A DNA stretch of 64,000 bases, from the NCBI RefSeq assembly GCF_902652985.1, contig NC_047017.1:17174001-17238000 (forward strand). The letters run 5' to 3'. Source of the DNA: Pecten maximus. Taxonomy: Eukaryota. Position numbers and translations under genes: made by a program. The notes below the pieces were generated by a model. That model did not search any database and was not told where the DNA came from. It saw only the letters and a program-made list of their open reading frames with translations. Numbering within the stretch: the stretch's first letter is position 1; the number at the start of each line of letters is the position of its first letter. Shown here piece after piece: positions 52,701 through 64,000 of this stretch.

Positions 52701-54506
52701 GAAATGCAGTATGGGAGCTTACTGAAAATTAAAAAAAAAATATTGAATTACTTCGCCTTCTAGACTGGCATTTCTTTTGAGCTATTTCGAGTTTTGTTTT
52801 GGTCGCCTCCAGCCATCATCGCATCTGATTTGTGCAATATACTGGTGATTCATTGCTCTACTCAATCTAGCTTTCAAATTGTTTTAAAAAGTGTTGATAT
52901 TTTAAGTGTCTTTGTACAATAATTTTCTGGTGTCCGCTTTTCAGGTAAGACTGTGTAAGTAATTCACTGCAATTTAAAATATCATTCTCAAACTGATTTG
53001 CCAAATAATGAATAAAATATTTGTTCGATGATCCAATTTAGCTAGTCATACTGTCACCTTAAACATTGAAATTTACTTTCGTCTCACTTTATTCCTGGTA
53101 TATCATATCTGGTAACATACCATAAGCACATACTTTTCCATCACAATCCATTAGAGCCTACAAGTTTTGCGACTGTCAACCTGCTGTCACCATTAAATGA
53201 CAGTTTTGTGTCAATATGACCTAAAACAAAGCGAAACCGAGACAAGCTGTTAACATGAAGGTTCAGAATATGACATTTCAGAACCTGCTGTTGAAGCTAA
53301 TGATTAATTGTAATACATTTCTCCTGGAATGTTTTAAGGGGTCGCGAGTGTACATGATCCAGGTTATTGCCCGCGATGCTTCGGGGTTCAAAGTTCTCAG
53401 GGTAGATATCTTTATGCAATAAAATGTTCGGCTAAAGTGATGATTTATAAAAAAAAAATTGCCGTTACAGGTGTGATTCGGGACAACAGAAAAGCTATTA
53501 GATTCAGCACATACCAATGTTGACTTTGATAGAGAATATATAATTTGTATAATTTTTATAATATGTTTTTATTATTTCAATAAGGTCTATATTTCCGTTT
53601 TACATGGAGTGTCAACTTAAACTTTTCTATTTGTTATTCTCATAACTTCTAGTAATTACAGTATAATAGTACTATCACAACAAGGAAAACTACAGTATAC
53701 TCTCAATCAAAAGGCTATATTTTTTCAACAAACTATGATCTTTTATCCGTATTGTTGTTTCTCGTAATCCTTAATGTCACAGTTATGATTCAATGTTCAC
53801 AAATAAATCGAACTGTTCTGATTGACACAAGACCTTTGTTTTCTAAAAGTTTTGTTGTTTCAACATAACATAAAAATAGCGCCGTCGCTCGGTTACGTAC
53901 ATAAATGCGTAATAATTGTTCAAAGGAACGTTAAATAAACATCACAATTGTTACTTTTGAATTATATTTATTAATAGACAATAAAATAGAACTATTGTTG
54001 ATGTAATAGAGCCATAACACAAAATTCCTACATTTTCATATTTTCCAGTTTATTTGTAAAACGCTCCATTTTCTTTTTGTGTTGTGGCTCCATAACACGA
54101 ATAATACTTTAAAGGTATTCTTTGAATAAATAACAGTGTACATATATCATTACATAATCCCTCTTCTATATTACAATACATTGATAGAACGTTGTGTGGT
54201 GTAGTGGTGTAGGCTGCAGGTATTTCTGTCCAGGCGATTAGGTGCCGTAAATTCAAAGCCCGATCAGGGGCACGAGCCATAAAAGGGTATTTCTTCGTCA
54301 TTTGGGTTGCTATATATATATATATTTACATGTTCCATTCTCAGTACACATGTACCAGGTATCACAATCCATGTTCACTGCACCTAAATATCACAAATTA
54401 AAATGACTGAATTGTTGTGTAACTTTCCGCCGTAAAGAAGAGTCAAGTGCCTTGTTTGGTCCCCTTTATATGTTATCCCGACTTTCACATGGAACTTGTA
54501 TCACAG

Positions 54507-54532
54507 TTACATTGCTGACAAAAACTTCTGGC
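54507..54532 (-). CDS. Minus gene last coding exon (GQKFLSAM*)
   Basis: tttttcag acceptor, TAA at 54509-54507; AATAAA on the minus strand near 54049 and 53967. Confidence 0.72.
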
Positions 54533-57500
54533 CTGAAAAATAAAATGGTTCAAATTTTTAAAATGTGGAGGTAAGTATGTAACTGTTTGTCATTCCAATG
54601 AATCAACCATGATTCATTCTAGACATTGATACGAACAATCTGAATTTAAATGTAACTTTCTTTCATTTACTTATTTATCAAAGACGTAACTATGATTACC
54701 TGTCATAGTCTCCGGTTTGATGAAATCATTCATTGCCGTTGTTTGGTAATTGTTACCTATAAATAAAAAATGATAATTAGTATTTTCATCATCCTCAGGT
54801 TAAAAAAATCAATATATCCGCCTCATCACTTCAGTTATTGTTAAACATCTCGATTTGTCAGATAACTTATCTCCAGAGTTGTTAGATGTTTTAAAATAAG
54901 ATATGGTGTTATACTAGTAAAAGTTCTAGACAATAAATCCAGAGTTGTCAACGGTTTCAGTATCCCATCTATATCTTATTCTCAGCTTTACTGAAATGTG
55001 CTGACCGTGATTGTGGACGACACATTTAATTCACTGGAATAGCGACATGATTCAGGAGTTACACATGAGCTTGACGCTATTTTGAAATCCAATATTGAAC
55101 ATTATGACATTTATTGTATATGGGGATACTGCAACTCTCCATCCAGATCTTAAGATTTCTTTTGAACAGTTTTAGTTTCCGCTTTCATCTCAGTATATCA
55201 GAACTTTAGGCAATAGCATCACTGACGAGTCCTAGGAGCACGAAACAGTTTTATGGTATACCTTAAGGCTCTACAGTATCTAACCCCCAATTTGTATAGA
55301 AATGTATTATTATCTTGGGTGTCTTTTGTTCCATCCTTGTAGACTGTTATACTTACGTCCGGAGTTGTCCGTGTGGAAAAGATGTGTCGAGGCGATCTCC
55401 TTGCTTACTTTCTTGTTCATATCACTCATCGTCCGAAGTTGAGCATCAGTAAATCTACAACGCGTTTCCCAAATGAGACAACCTTTACATTAATATCTAC
55501 ATAGATATACTTGTACATTATCATATATCATTTCATATATAAATGCTATAGACTGCAAATCATGAAAGTTTTTTGGCTTCATTTCATTTACACGGGTTAG
55601 TTCCCATGTCATTTCTAGGTTTCATACCTTCAGAATTTATTTACGGATATTGATAAACAGTAATAAAATTACTAAGAAATCTTACATAGTCTTCACAGAC
55701 AGGTAGCTTACCTGTAATTAGCTTTAGTTTGAAATTATATACATATAGTAACCTGGCTAACCCCAACACGAAACCTGTAGTACATCAAACATATACTAGA
55801 ACTGACCTTCTATCCGGGAGAGGTTTGAAGTCTGCCTTCATCACGGATGTCCTCATCACATGTTCGGGCTGTGGATTGGTGTAGGCTGCTCGTGCCATCA
55901 GACTTTCATTGTTGCTTACCATTTTGGGATCAGCAGCTTTAAGATCTTGTGTGTTTTCACTAATAGTCAGAGATGTAAACTTAACAGGAGCTACATTCTC
56001 CGTTTTGCCAGCAGGTTTAAGACCTTGGTCATTCTTCTTTTCACCTAGATATTTTATCTGTGTTTCCGTTGTAAAGTCCGTTGGGTTGTAACCCACCACA
56101 AAGTGTGTACTTTTGCCATCACTTAGTCTCGATTTCGTTTGTGTGTTCTTTTGAAGGCGTCTTCCAGTGGCATGGCCGCCTGTCATGAATGTACCTATGA
56201 AGTTGTTCTGCAATGGATAATTAAAAGACTAATATACTAATTGTACTTTTGAATAAGGTGACTCATTATCATCAACCTACGATGACCAGATTTGCCATTA
56301 GAAAACAACCAAGAAACGATTTTCGTCATATTTCCTAAAAGTACAAGACTAGAATAAAGCAATTAGGACGTCATTGGTTTATGGTTTGTTTTTTGATGTT
56401 ATGACAAAAAACTGTTGCCCTTTAACTCCTTGTCACTTCGAATCTTGCACTTAGTCTGAAATTTCTCTACTTTGAGATTTACTCTCTCATCTTTATCTCA
56501 TGAGAATTGACCCCTTAACTATGGGTTATTGTGATTGGTCCCACTTTTGTATCTTGTCTACGTCCATCGGTTTACTTAATCTGTAAGGATCCCGTACAAT
56601 GTCGAGAGTGGATTAATATGCCTCGTGTCAGCACTAACCTTTGCTTCCGATTGCATCTTGTTGAGGCCTGGGTACGGAAGTGCATCGTCAGGTGTAAGGT
56701 AATCATAACTAACTCCAGCATCTGCTAGCTGTCCCGCACCCTTGAAGCCTGGAGGAGGGCGCTGGTAGTCTGTGTGGGCCACTGTAACAAACAGGTTCTT
56801 TAGTCAGGTTCAAATCTTGTTCAAACAATGAAGGGCGAAAATAACCAATGAGGAACGAAAATGTGGATGTGATAAAAAAAATCTTGGAATCTTAAAATTC
56901 AAGTATTTTGACTCGGCGTGGAAGTGACGAGGTTTTGGGTTTAATAACAAGCAAACAAAGAAAAGCCTAAGCTAAGAAGGTACATGAGACATAATTATAA
57001 AATGTAGTTTCACGAACAAGATTTCTTTTTTATATGCAAAGTGCTTGTACGGAGTTACATAATGATGAATCAGTTTTGCCGTTTTGTCGTAGTTATAGGC
57101 AACCACACCTTGGAAGGTGCCAATGACGTGTTTCCATGAAAATTAAATATAAGAATCACATTTTATGCGTGAAAATGATACAACGTTTTAACAGAAGAAT
57201 TGGAAAACATTTTATAATCGTCGTGCTCATGTGCTATTCCAGCAACAAGTTTAGGTAAATTGATAGAAAATTACATTTGCCATTAGTTATGTTTTGTTAT
57301 CTTGTTATTAAAATTAACTTATTTTTAAAACAATTTTATTTTCCCATGCAGATTGGCATTCAGTTGGACCAGTATTAAAATCTAATCATTATACAAGTTT
57401 CTTTTACCATTATGTCCTTGGCCGGGATTTGTTTCTTTTACAATTACCCAGATGGTTGTGTAGTCCCCATATTAGGTCAGGTCGGCAGTAGCGCCCAAAT

Positions 57501-60500
57501 GACATGAGCATTATGGGTATTGTACTTACGAGACCGCTGTCTGTCCTGGGCGTGTCTGTTGAGGTCCCAACTCATAATGATATTATCATGATCTCTCTTA
57601 TCCAAATTAACCTCCATTAAGGTTTTCCCTTCTTTATTCTGAAGTAAAAACAACATAAACCATATCATGATTCATCATAATATTGTTAGTACCAAACATA
57701 TAACCTTTGACACGATGTAGATTACATATAAAAACGGCCTTAGATACTAAAGTGTATCTTACTTTAAACATGGCCTTTGATATTAAAGTGTTCGTATCTT
57801 AACATATAAAAAACGGCCTTGAATACTTAAGTGTATATTATTCATCATATAAAAACGACCTTAGATAATAAAAGTGTATCTAACTTAACATATAAATACG
57901 ACTAACAACATAAATTTTTACATTACAACACATCGCACAACACGTCAAATATTTGTGTTATTAAAAACAAAAAGAAAGATTAGTACCCTATAAGGCTGTG
58001 CAGGCTGGTAACTGTAATCCACGTTGTTACTGGTACTACCAAATGCCGAGTATGCGGGATCGTTTTGTAAAATCTGTGAAAATAAATAGAGGCGAATATA
58101 TAAAACTCCAAGGGTAAGTATTGTTTCATTAACAAAAATTATTTCAAACGCTGCGTTAGCAGTACTTTTACAGCAGAAATCATAGTTCTGACGTCAAAAA
58201 GCAATTTCAATTTAGGATCAAAATATTTATTTATGGGAAGAAGTAAAAGAAAACAAAGGAGTTGTTATCTACAGTGGTGTTTTTTTGTTTTGTTTTTGTT
58301 GTTTTTTTGTTTGTTTTTTTTTGTTTGTTTTTTTTTTGTATTTTTTTTTTCTTTTCTGTTTTTTTAGTTCTCTTAAATATGATGTTTGATAAAAATGTCT
58401 GGATCTTGTAGTTACATTGCCTGCAGCCTTTGTTGGGGTCTGTTGAGGTGGTCCTCTCTTTGCCATGGCCGCTAGAGCATAGTCCTTCCCATACATACTG
58501 TGTACTGTTGATGGGTCATGTCCAAACTGGAAAATCATTTAATCAGAAATCTCTAGAAAAAACACTACAGGCATGATACGGGCTAGTGATTATTAATCAA
58601 TTACTTCAATGTCATCATATATACTAGAAACCTCTAGTAACAAAAATTTGGAAAAAACGAATTTAAGGTTCCGTAATCACCATATTTTTTTCATAATACA
58701 TTAAACATAATCAATAACGGTAAACTTGGAAAATTAAAAGTTACCATACTTTAATTTTGACCAATACGATGCCATCATCGCGCTTTTCAACGTAGCCCGG
58801 AACAATTCAAGTCCGCAATACAATAAACCAATATACTTACTGACAGATTTTCACAGTAATGTAAACAGGTAGTTTATGTGTAGTACCAAAGTACACAAGG
58901 TATCCATTATCATTGTTTTATGGTTCTTACCTTAAAATGAGCAGATGTCTGGTAGTCTTTGCCGTCCGCAGCACCTGAAAACATGGTGTACATATTTCAG
59001 GATCATACAGTGTCTTCTAATAATGGTTTATGTAAAGCAACTGTGCTTATGTCATTAACAGTATGTGTTTCCAAGCACGGAGTCATATTCCCTAGTTTGA
59101 AGTCTAGAATATATGAAAACCTGAATAATTTATCACGATTTCCCAGGAGAAAGTCTGTTTTACTTTCAAATCAATAATAGCAATTTAAATATATTGTCTA
59201 GAAATCTAAAAGAGCGTTGCACCACGCTTAGTTTGTTTTATAATGGATTCCAGGCATATAATGTAGCATTAGCTGAAGACAACATGGACTTTGACGCCAT
59301 TATCTAGCGCATAATATCAATTTCAGCATACAACTAAAGACAGCAGGGACAATGTCATCATAATCCGTCACTGTTTATACAATTATGCATTTAACATATT
59401 TGTAAAGACAACATATTTAACAAATATATAGACAACAGGGACTATGACGTCACAAGCTAACACTGTAGCTGGCATACCCTTAAAGACAACAGGAACGGTG
59501 ACATCTCTAGCGTACGCTGCGAGGTGGCTGGTCCTCGTGTTGTCATCAGGAAGAGTTACTCCTCGTCCTGATGGCGGGACCTCGACACCACTGAGCTCTG
59601 CTTGTTCTCTGGCTTTGCTATCAACAACAATAACAACAAAAACATAACTAATGGAATTTTATCCTACCTTTAGGGTGTGACAAAGAAGTCTCCAATCCGA
59701 GGGGTGAAGGGTTAAATATCAAGAGGGAGCGATTATTGTTCTCCAAGATTATTATTATATTTATGCAGGGTCCAGTTATTTAAAAGATTTTTTTTGTAAT
59801 GAATAATAAAATTAGTAAAACACGATGTTGACGTTACGTGATTGAATTGTTGCCTTCATTATACTGATGTTGTGACATCATTGCATTGTTGCAAGCACGT
59901 GCTATCTGTCATGTCCTATGGGTTGACAGAGAAATTACACCCTAAAGGGAGACAGAGAAACCTCTTACAGGTAAAACGGGAGACAAATATGTGAATGATA
60001 TGAGAAACGGTTATAAAACCACCAATATATATTTAGAACAACAGTAAAAGTAGTCCATAACTATTCCAAAAACAACAGAGAATTAAAAAACGAGGGGAAA
60101 TGTTGGCAAAATATATATTTGAATTGAGACCCTTGAACACATAAACAGGGAGTAAAAAACCATGTGATTCGGAAGCGTAAGCGTCTTGTGGTCTTTTGCC
60201 ACCCGTCATGCAGAACAAGGCTACCGACCACCAATATCGATTTCCGTTTTGAACAATAGTGAAGGTAGTTGATAACCATTTTAAGCAACAGTAAAATAGT
60301 CGATAATCGCTTGTGGTTGGAAATCTGTGTAACGTCGACCCAAATATCACTTACTATTTTGTAAAAGACAACGTGAACTACTAAACAGAGAAACCAGCAG
60401 TATATATTTGCATTGAGACCCTTGAACACATGTACAGGGAGGAAAAGCCATGTGTTTCAGAAGGGTAAACGTCTTATGGTCTTTTGTCACCCGTCATGCA

Positions 60501-63500
60501 GAGCAAGGCTACCAACCACCAATATCGATTTCCGTTTTGAAACCATCAGTCTGATCAATGTTGAAAACAACAACAATAATAAAAATCCACCTTTAAACAT
60601 GATACATTGAATCCCCAATAACGAAGAAAATATCACCATGCATGCGACATAAGACTCTTTGATAATATTTTGAGCGTAATTTAAAGTATTGCACTTCATA
60701 AGGAAATTTAAGATTATTCAAAATTTGCCGAAAACATAGTGAAGCACAATGAGGTCCAAGCAAAAATGTATTTTGGTAGGAGGCAGTATTTAGGGAAAAA
60801 AATCCTTTGTAAACATAAATCTATTGCCAAATTGACGTCATGTTCATAAAATTCTGGGATACTTCAACACTAATCTGATCAAATAAAATAGATATATCCA
60901 CTTTATTTACAATAACAGCCTTTCACGAACATCTGTACCTGGGGAATCTCGAGTAGAGGAATTAGAAGGAAACATGGCTGACAAAGAAATCATATAGAAT
61001 CTTCTCCCATGAGTGAGGTTCGGTGATATAATGAGGTCAACGTTTGCTGAGATCAATGCTAGCTTGACAAAGCTCATCGTCATCTAAGTGTTTATACTTA
61101 CTCAGCAGCTTTGAGGGCACGCGCAGCTGTCTCCGCCGGGGGTAATGTCCGCGGTCCAAACTCGTCGTTTACTGTCGTATCATAGTTACCCTCTGTAAGA
61201 AAACTGACCACACTCAGACACCTGACCACAATTATACGCTGATTATGATTATAGATGTTAACTACCTAAGTCTAACACCATTAGTGTGATGTAGTGGAAA
61301 CCAGATGACAGTCAATATCTAGCTGAATTGATAGTCTTTAATTTCAACATTTGGTCAATGAATGACCAAAAATACTAAAATTGTCTCAAACATGTTAGTT
61401 AACATAACAAGTGTTAAACAATTATCATAATCTAACCCATCCTGGAAACTCAAACTTCTAAGGGTTACGACCACTTTCTCTCTGGACGTAACAACTAGAG
61501 TATCGAGGATGACTCTAACTGGACCACATTATGTAAATTATTGTGACATTTTACAAAATTGTAACATAAGTTTGAGTTCCTCTAATGTCTTACTGATTCC
61601 ATTGTAGTCCCCGTATCTAAACACGTGAGATGTCCGGCCGAGGTCCTTCATGGCTTTGCTGACCTGTGCCGTGGCCTGGTCTTCTGCGGAAAATGCGAGA
61701 GAGGGAACTTTGTTGGCCTCTCCCACTCCAAACACACGTTGGCTCTCACTGAATATGCTACAGACAGAAAATATAGTTAATTATGAAATGCAATGTAAAC
61801 AACATGTATTGATAATGGAATGAAAATATTATATTTTATTATTATATTATCAAACATGTAAAATACTCGATTTTGGATATTTGGACAATAATTCGCCACC
61901 ATAGAATGCCTATAGAAGAAGGTTTTGGTTACTAAGAGGTGACCTTTATAGACAGTTGTTGGTCGCTAAGGGGCGACATTTACAGATAGGTGTTGGTCGC
62001 GAAGAATTGACCTTTATAGATAGGTGTTGGTCGCTAAGAGGTGACCTTTATAGACAAGTGTTAGTAGAGAAGAGATGAACTTTTTGCAAAGGTGTTAGTC
62101 ACTTAGCGGAGAACTTTATGGACAAGTGTTGGTCGCTAGAAGGTGTCCTCTATAGACAGGTGTTGGAAGTGAAGAGGTAAACTATTGCAAAGGTGTTGGG
62201 CACTAAGCGGTGAATTTTATAGACAGATGCTGGTCGCTAAGAGAGGGATTTTATAGGCAGACATTGGCAGCGAAGAGGGAAATGTATGTTTTATTATACA
62301 GCAACAAAGAGGTGGCCAGTATAGGCAGGGATTGAAGACGTGCATTGTTGATAACTGTTGGTCATCAAAATGTGGTCTAAATAGACATTGCTGGGTTAGT
62401 AAGGGCTTTTCTATACCGACATATTCTTTCTTCCAAAATTCTTATGCAATGACAGTTTTCAATGGTCAGGTTTCTGTGATTACGGGTGTGGATATATGTG
62501 ATGAAACGAACTCACAATTTTCTATGACTAGGAGGCAACCAATGTGTATGTAACTTATAGTTACCTGGGGTTATCACTACCAAAAGTGATATTGGTTCCG
62601 CGATGTCGCTTAAAGCGTGACTGGTCTATGGGTAGCTGCATCTTAGAGGTGTTCAGCCTGGGAAACATCGCTGATTCTGCTGCTGACTTCTCTAGCTTTA
62701 ATTAAAGAGAAATAAACGCCATGACATCATATCATAAATATATGGCCTCTATTGATGTTCAGATTCAAATAATATTTTATTGAACGAGATCTGATCTTGG
62801 TTTTATAGCCGTCATTAAATTTGAAATGTCACCATTTTTCCTAAACCAATTCTTCACACATAATTTGTAGCTCTGCTAAGAATATGGAACCTTTCTAAGG
62901 CGGAACAATGCATCTTTGATTTGACTTTTATGCTAAGTCAAACGTGTTTCACTTAAAAAAAGAATGCATTGAGAACATCCTTAACTTAGATTGTGAAATC
63001 ATAGTTAACACAATAGATACCTTCCAGTGCTTTCAATTGAGTCTTTAAAGATAAAAAAATCGCTCAAAAATTGCCAAAGGTCAAAAGACACCTCTTTATC
63101 ACAATATGATGCGTTTCTATGGCTTTCTGGTATTTATAAAAAATATCTTACTATGCAGTTATTATTAACACTGCGATTTTTGAATTAAAAAATGATTATT
63201 GAATGTTCGTTCCGTATATGACTTATTTGATTGCCCATTAACATTGTATAGCACATTTTTTTCGCTAATATGATTACGTCATAATATCATACAGTTTATG
63301 TGTTTTCGCTTTGAGTCCATCAATGTCATTAGCCTATGACCTTTGACCTATGGCATTACTATGAAATACAATGTTTTTCACTTCCCCATTACATTTCTTG
63401 TGAATTGTTGGTATAACCTATTTTAAGTGGATCAAACATTGAATGCAATTTGAAATGAACAATTATTTACTGAGAAAAATTATTAAAAAACAAAACTATA

Positions 63501-63748
63501 ACTCAAAATCTAAAAGGCATAAAACAATCAAAATATAGCTTATCATAGAGACCCTTGATACAGCACAGGTACAATGCTCGACCAGGTGTTCTGGAAGAGC
63601 TAGCGCCTTCTAAGATATGTCATGAAGCCATTGTCTTCCTTTCGCGATTAAGACGGCATTGTCCTATCGTACCTACCCCGGGATTGTAATTAGAAGCGTA
63701 TTCGGAATCCTCCATTTTCCTACTGGTCATATATCTAGGCGCCATGTC
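54507..63748 (-). CDS. Multi-exon gene (14 coding exons in window, 557 aa), putative axonemal microtubule-inner/stabiliser protein, TEX45/SAXO5-like; 5' end may lie beyond the window
   Basis: Exons 63677-63748, 62565-62695, 61594-61757, 61102-61192, 59478-59617, 58931-58974, 58416-58526, 57987-58073, 57530-57638, 56639-56781, 55807-56207, 55357-55454, 54700-54756, 54507-54532. All are GT-AG and phase-compatible, giving 1674 nt open to TAA. Repeated motifs include TSHVFRYGDY..YDTTVNDEF, SAHFKFGHD..SMYGKDY, STHFVVGYNPTDFTTETQIKY and STHLFHTD..NYQTTAMNDF. The family assignment is by motif only. Confidence 0.8.
54700..54756 (-). CDS. Minus gene exon (NNYQTTAMNDFIKPETMT)
   Basis: ttatag acceptor, gtaatc donor, phase 1/1. 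Confidence 0.8.
55357..55454 (-). CDS. Minus gene exon (FTDAQLR...STHLFHTDNSG)
   Basis: ttgtag acceptor, gtaagt donor, phase 2/1. Confidence 0.82.
55807..56207 (-). CDS. Minus gene exon (NNFIGTF...TSVMKADFKPLPDR)
   Basis: ttgcag acceptor, gtcagt donor, phase 0/2; lies inside ORF 55785..56213. Confidence 0.88.
56639..56781 (-). CDS. Minus gene exon (AHTDYQRPPPG...QSEAK)
   Basis: ttacag acceptor, gttagt donor, phase 1/0. Confidence 0.85.
57530..57638 (-). CDS. Minus gene exon (NKEGKTL...DRQRS)
   Basis: cttcag acceptor, gtaagt donor, phase 0/1. Confidence 0.82.
57987..58073 (-). CDS. Minus gene exon (ILQNDPAY...NNVDYSYQP)
   Basis: tcacag acceptor, gtacta donor, phase 0/0. Confidence 0.78.
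58416..58526 (-). CDS. Minus gene exon (FGHDPSTVHSMYGKDY...)
   Basis: ttccag acceptor, gtaact donor, phase 0/0. Confidence 0.82.
58931..58974 (-). CDS. Minus gene exon (AADGKDYQTSAHFK)
   Basis: tttcag acceptor, gtaaga donor, phase 1/0. Confidence 0.8.
59478..59617 (-). CDS. Minus gene exon (KAREQAEL...PVVFK)
   Basis: gatag acceptor, gtatgc donor, phase 2/1. Confidence 0.8.
59645..60015. mobile_element. Possible MITE-like element in a minus-gene intron
   Basis: 12-bp inverted repeat cctttagggtgt (59667) / acaccctaaagg (59937); boundaries uncertain. Confidence 0.35.
60112..60541. repeat. Diverged ~140-bp direct duplication (60112-60253; 60401-60541)
   Basis: ttgagacccttgaacaca...ccaccaatatcgatttccgttttgaa occurs twice. 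Confidence 0.85.
61102..61192 (-). CDS. Minus gene exon (GNYDTTVNDEFGPR...)
   Basis: ttacag acceptor, gtaagt donor, phase 1/2. Confidence 0.85.
61594..61757 (-). CDS. Minus gene exon (IFSESQRVF...TSHVFRYGDYNGI)
   Basis: tgtag acceptor, gtaaga donor, phase 2/1. Confidence 0.85.
61915..62280. repeat. Degenerate 34-bp tandem repeat, ~11 copies
   Basis: gaggtgacctttatagacaggtgttggtcgctaa; ggtcgc at 61961, 61995 and 62029. Confidence 0.85.
62565..62695 (-). CDS. Minus gene exon (LEKSAAE...GTNITFGSDNP)
   Basis: aaag acceptor, gtaact donor, phase 0/2. Confidence 0.8.
63677..63748 (-). CDS. Minus gene exon (DMAPRYMTSRKMEDSEYASNYNPG)
   Basis: ttcag acceptor, gtaggt donor, phase 0/0. Confidence 0.65.
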
Positions 63749-63848
63749 CTGAAAGCAGAAGACACAATTTCCTATTTCATACCAATTGTTTCAACTGTCT
63801 TTCGACCTTGTGGTCGTGAATAAATGAGTCAGTGTTTGGGATATTGAG

Positions 63849-63968
63849 GATATCTAACAGTGTCTTCAGTAATACCAAATATATTTCACTTAGTGCGCAG
63901 TGAAAGATATCAAAAATTTGCCCCCACTCGTGAAATAGTTGGTATTACTGAAGAAAATGCTAGATATT
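63849..63968. mobile_element. Palindromic MITE-like repeat (may run past the window end)
   Basis: tcttcagtaataccaaatatatttcac (63863) / gtgaaatagttggtattactgaaga (63929). Confidence 0.6.
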
Positions 63969-64000
63969 CTGTTTTTTACACTTTTAAAGCAAAATGTATC

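Overview
Eukaryotic, AT-rich genomic DNA. The repeat families suggest a bivalve mollusc, but this is an inference. Two spliced genes face each other. (1) A Dispatched (DISP1-like) Hedgehog exporter lies on the + strand, with coding exons 24770-24774, 29757-29880, 30494-30716 and 31655-34611 (about 1102 aa). (2) A 14-exon minus-strand gene (63748->54507, 557 aa visible, possibly 5'-incomplete) has repeated S/T-H-F-x-x-G-x-D...T-x-x-x-D-F/Y motifs resembling TEX45/SAXO5-type axonemal microtubule-inner proteins. The first 44 kb contain six large unrelated minisatellites (about 16 kb in total), several Helentron-type non-autonomous (HINE/DINE-like) elements, a tRNA-derived SINE and a 90-bp fold-back MITE with a 9-bp TSD. 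Two RTE LINE remnants, one split by a further HINE, lie at 43.7-48.7 kb. The most striking feature is the first coding intron of Dispatched, which is almost entirely about 85 tandem copies of its own 3' splice junction (intron end plus the first ~13 codons of the next exon). Only the most distal of these near-identical acceptors leads directly into the intact exon, and the nearest upstream alternatives give premature stops.
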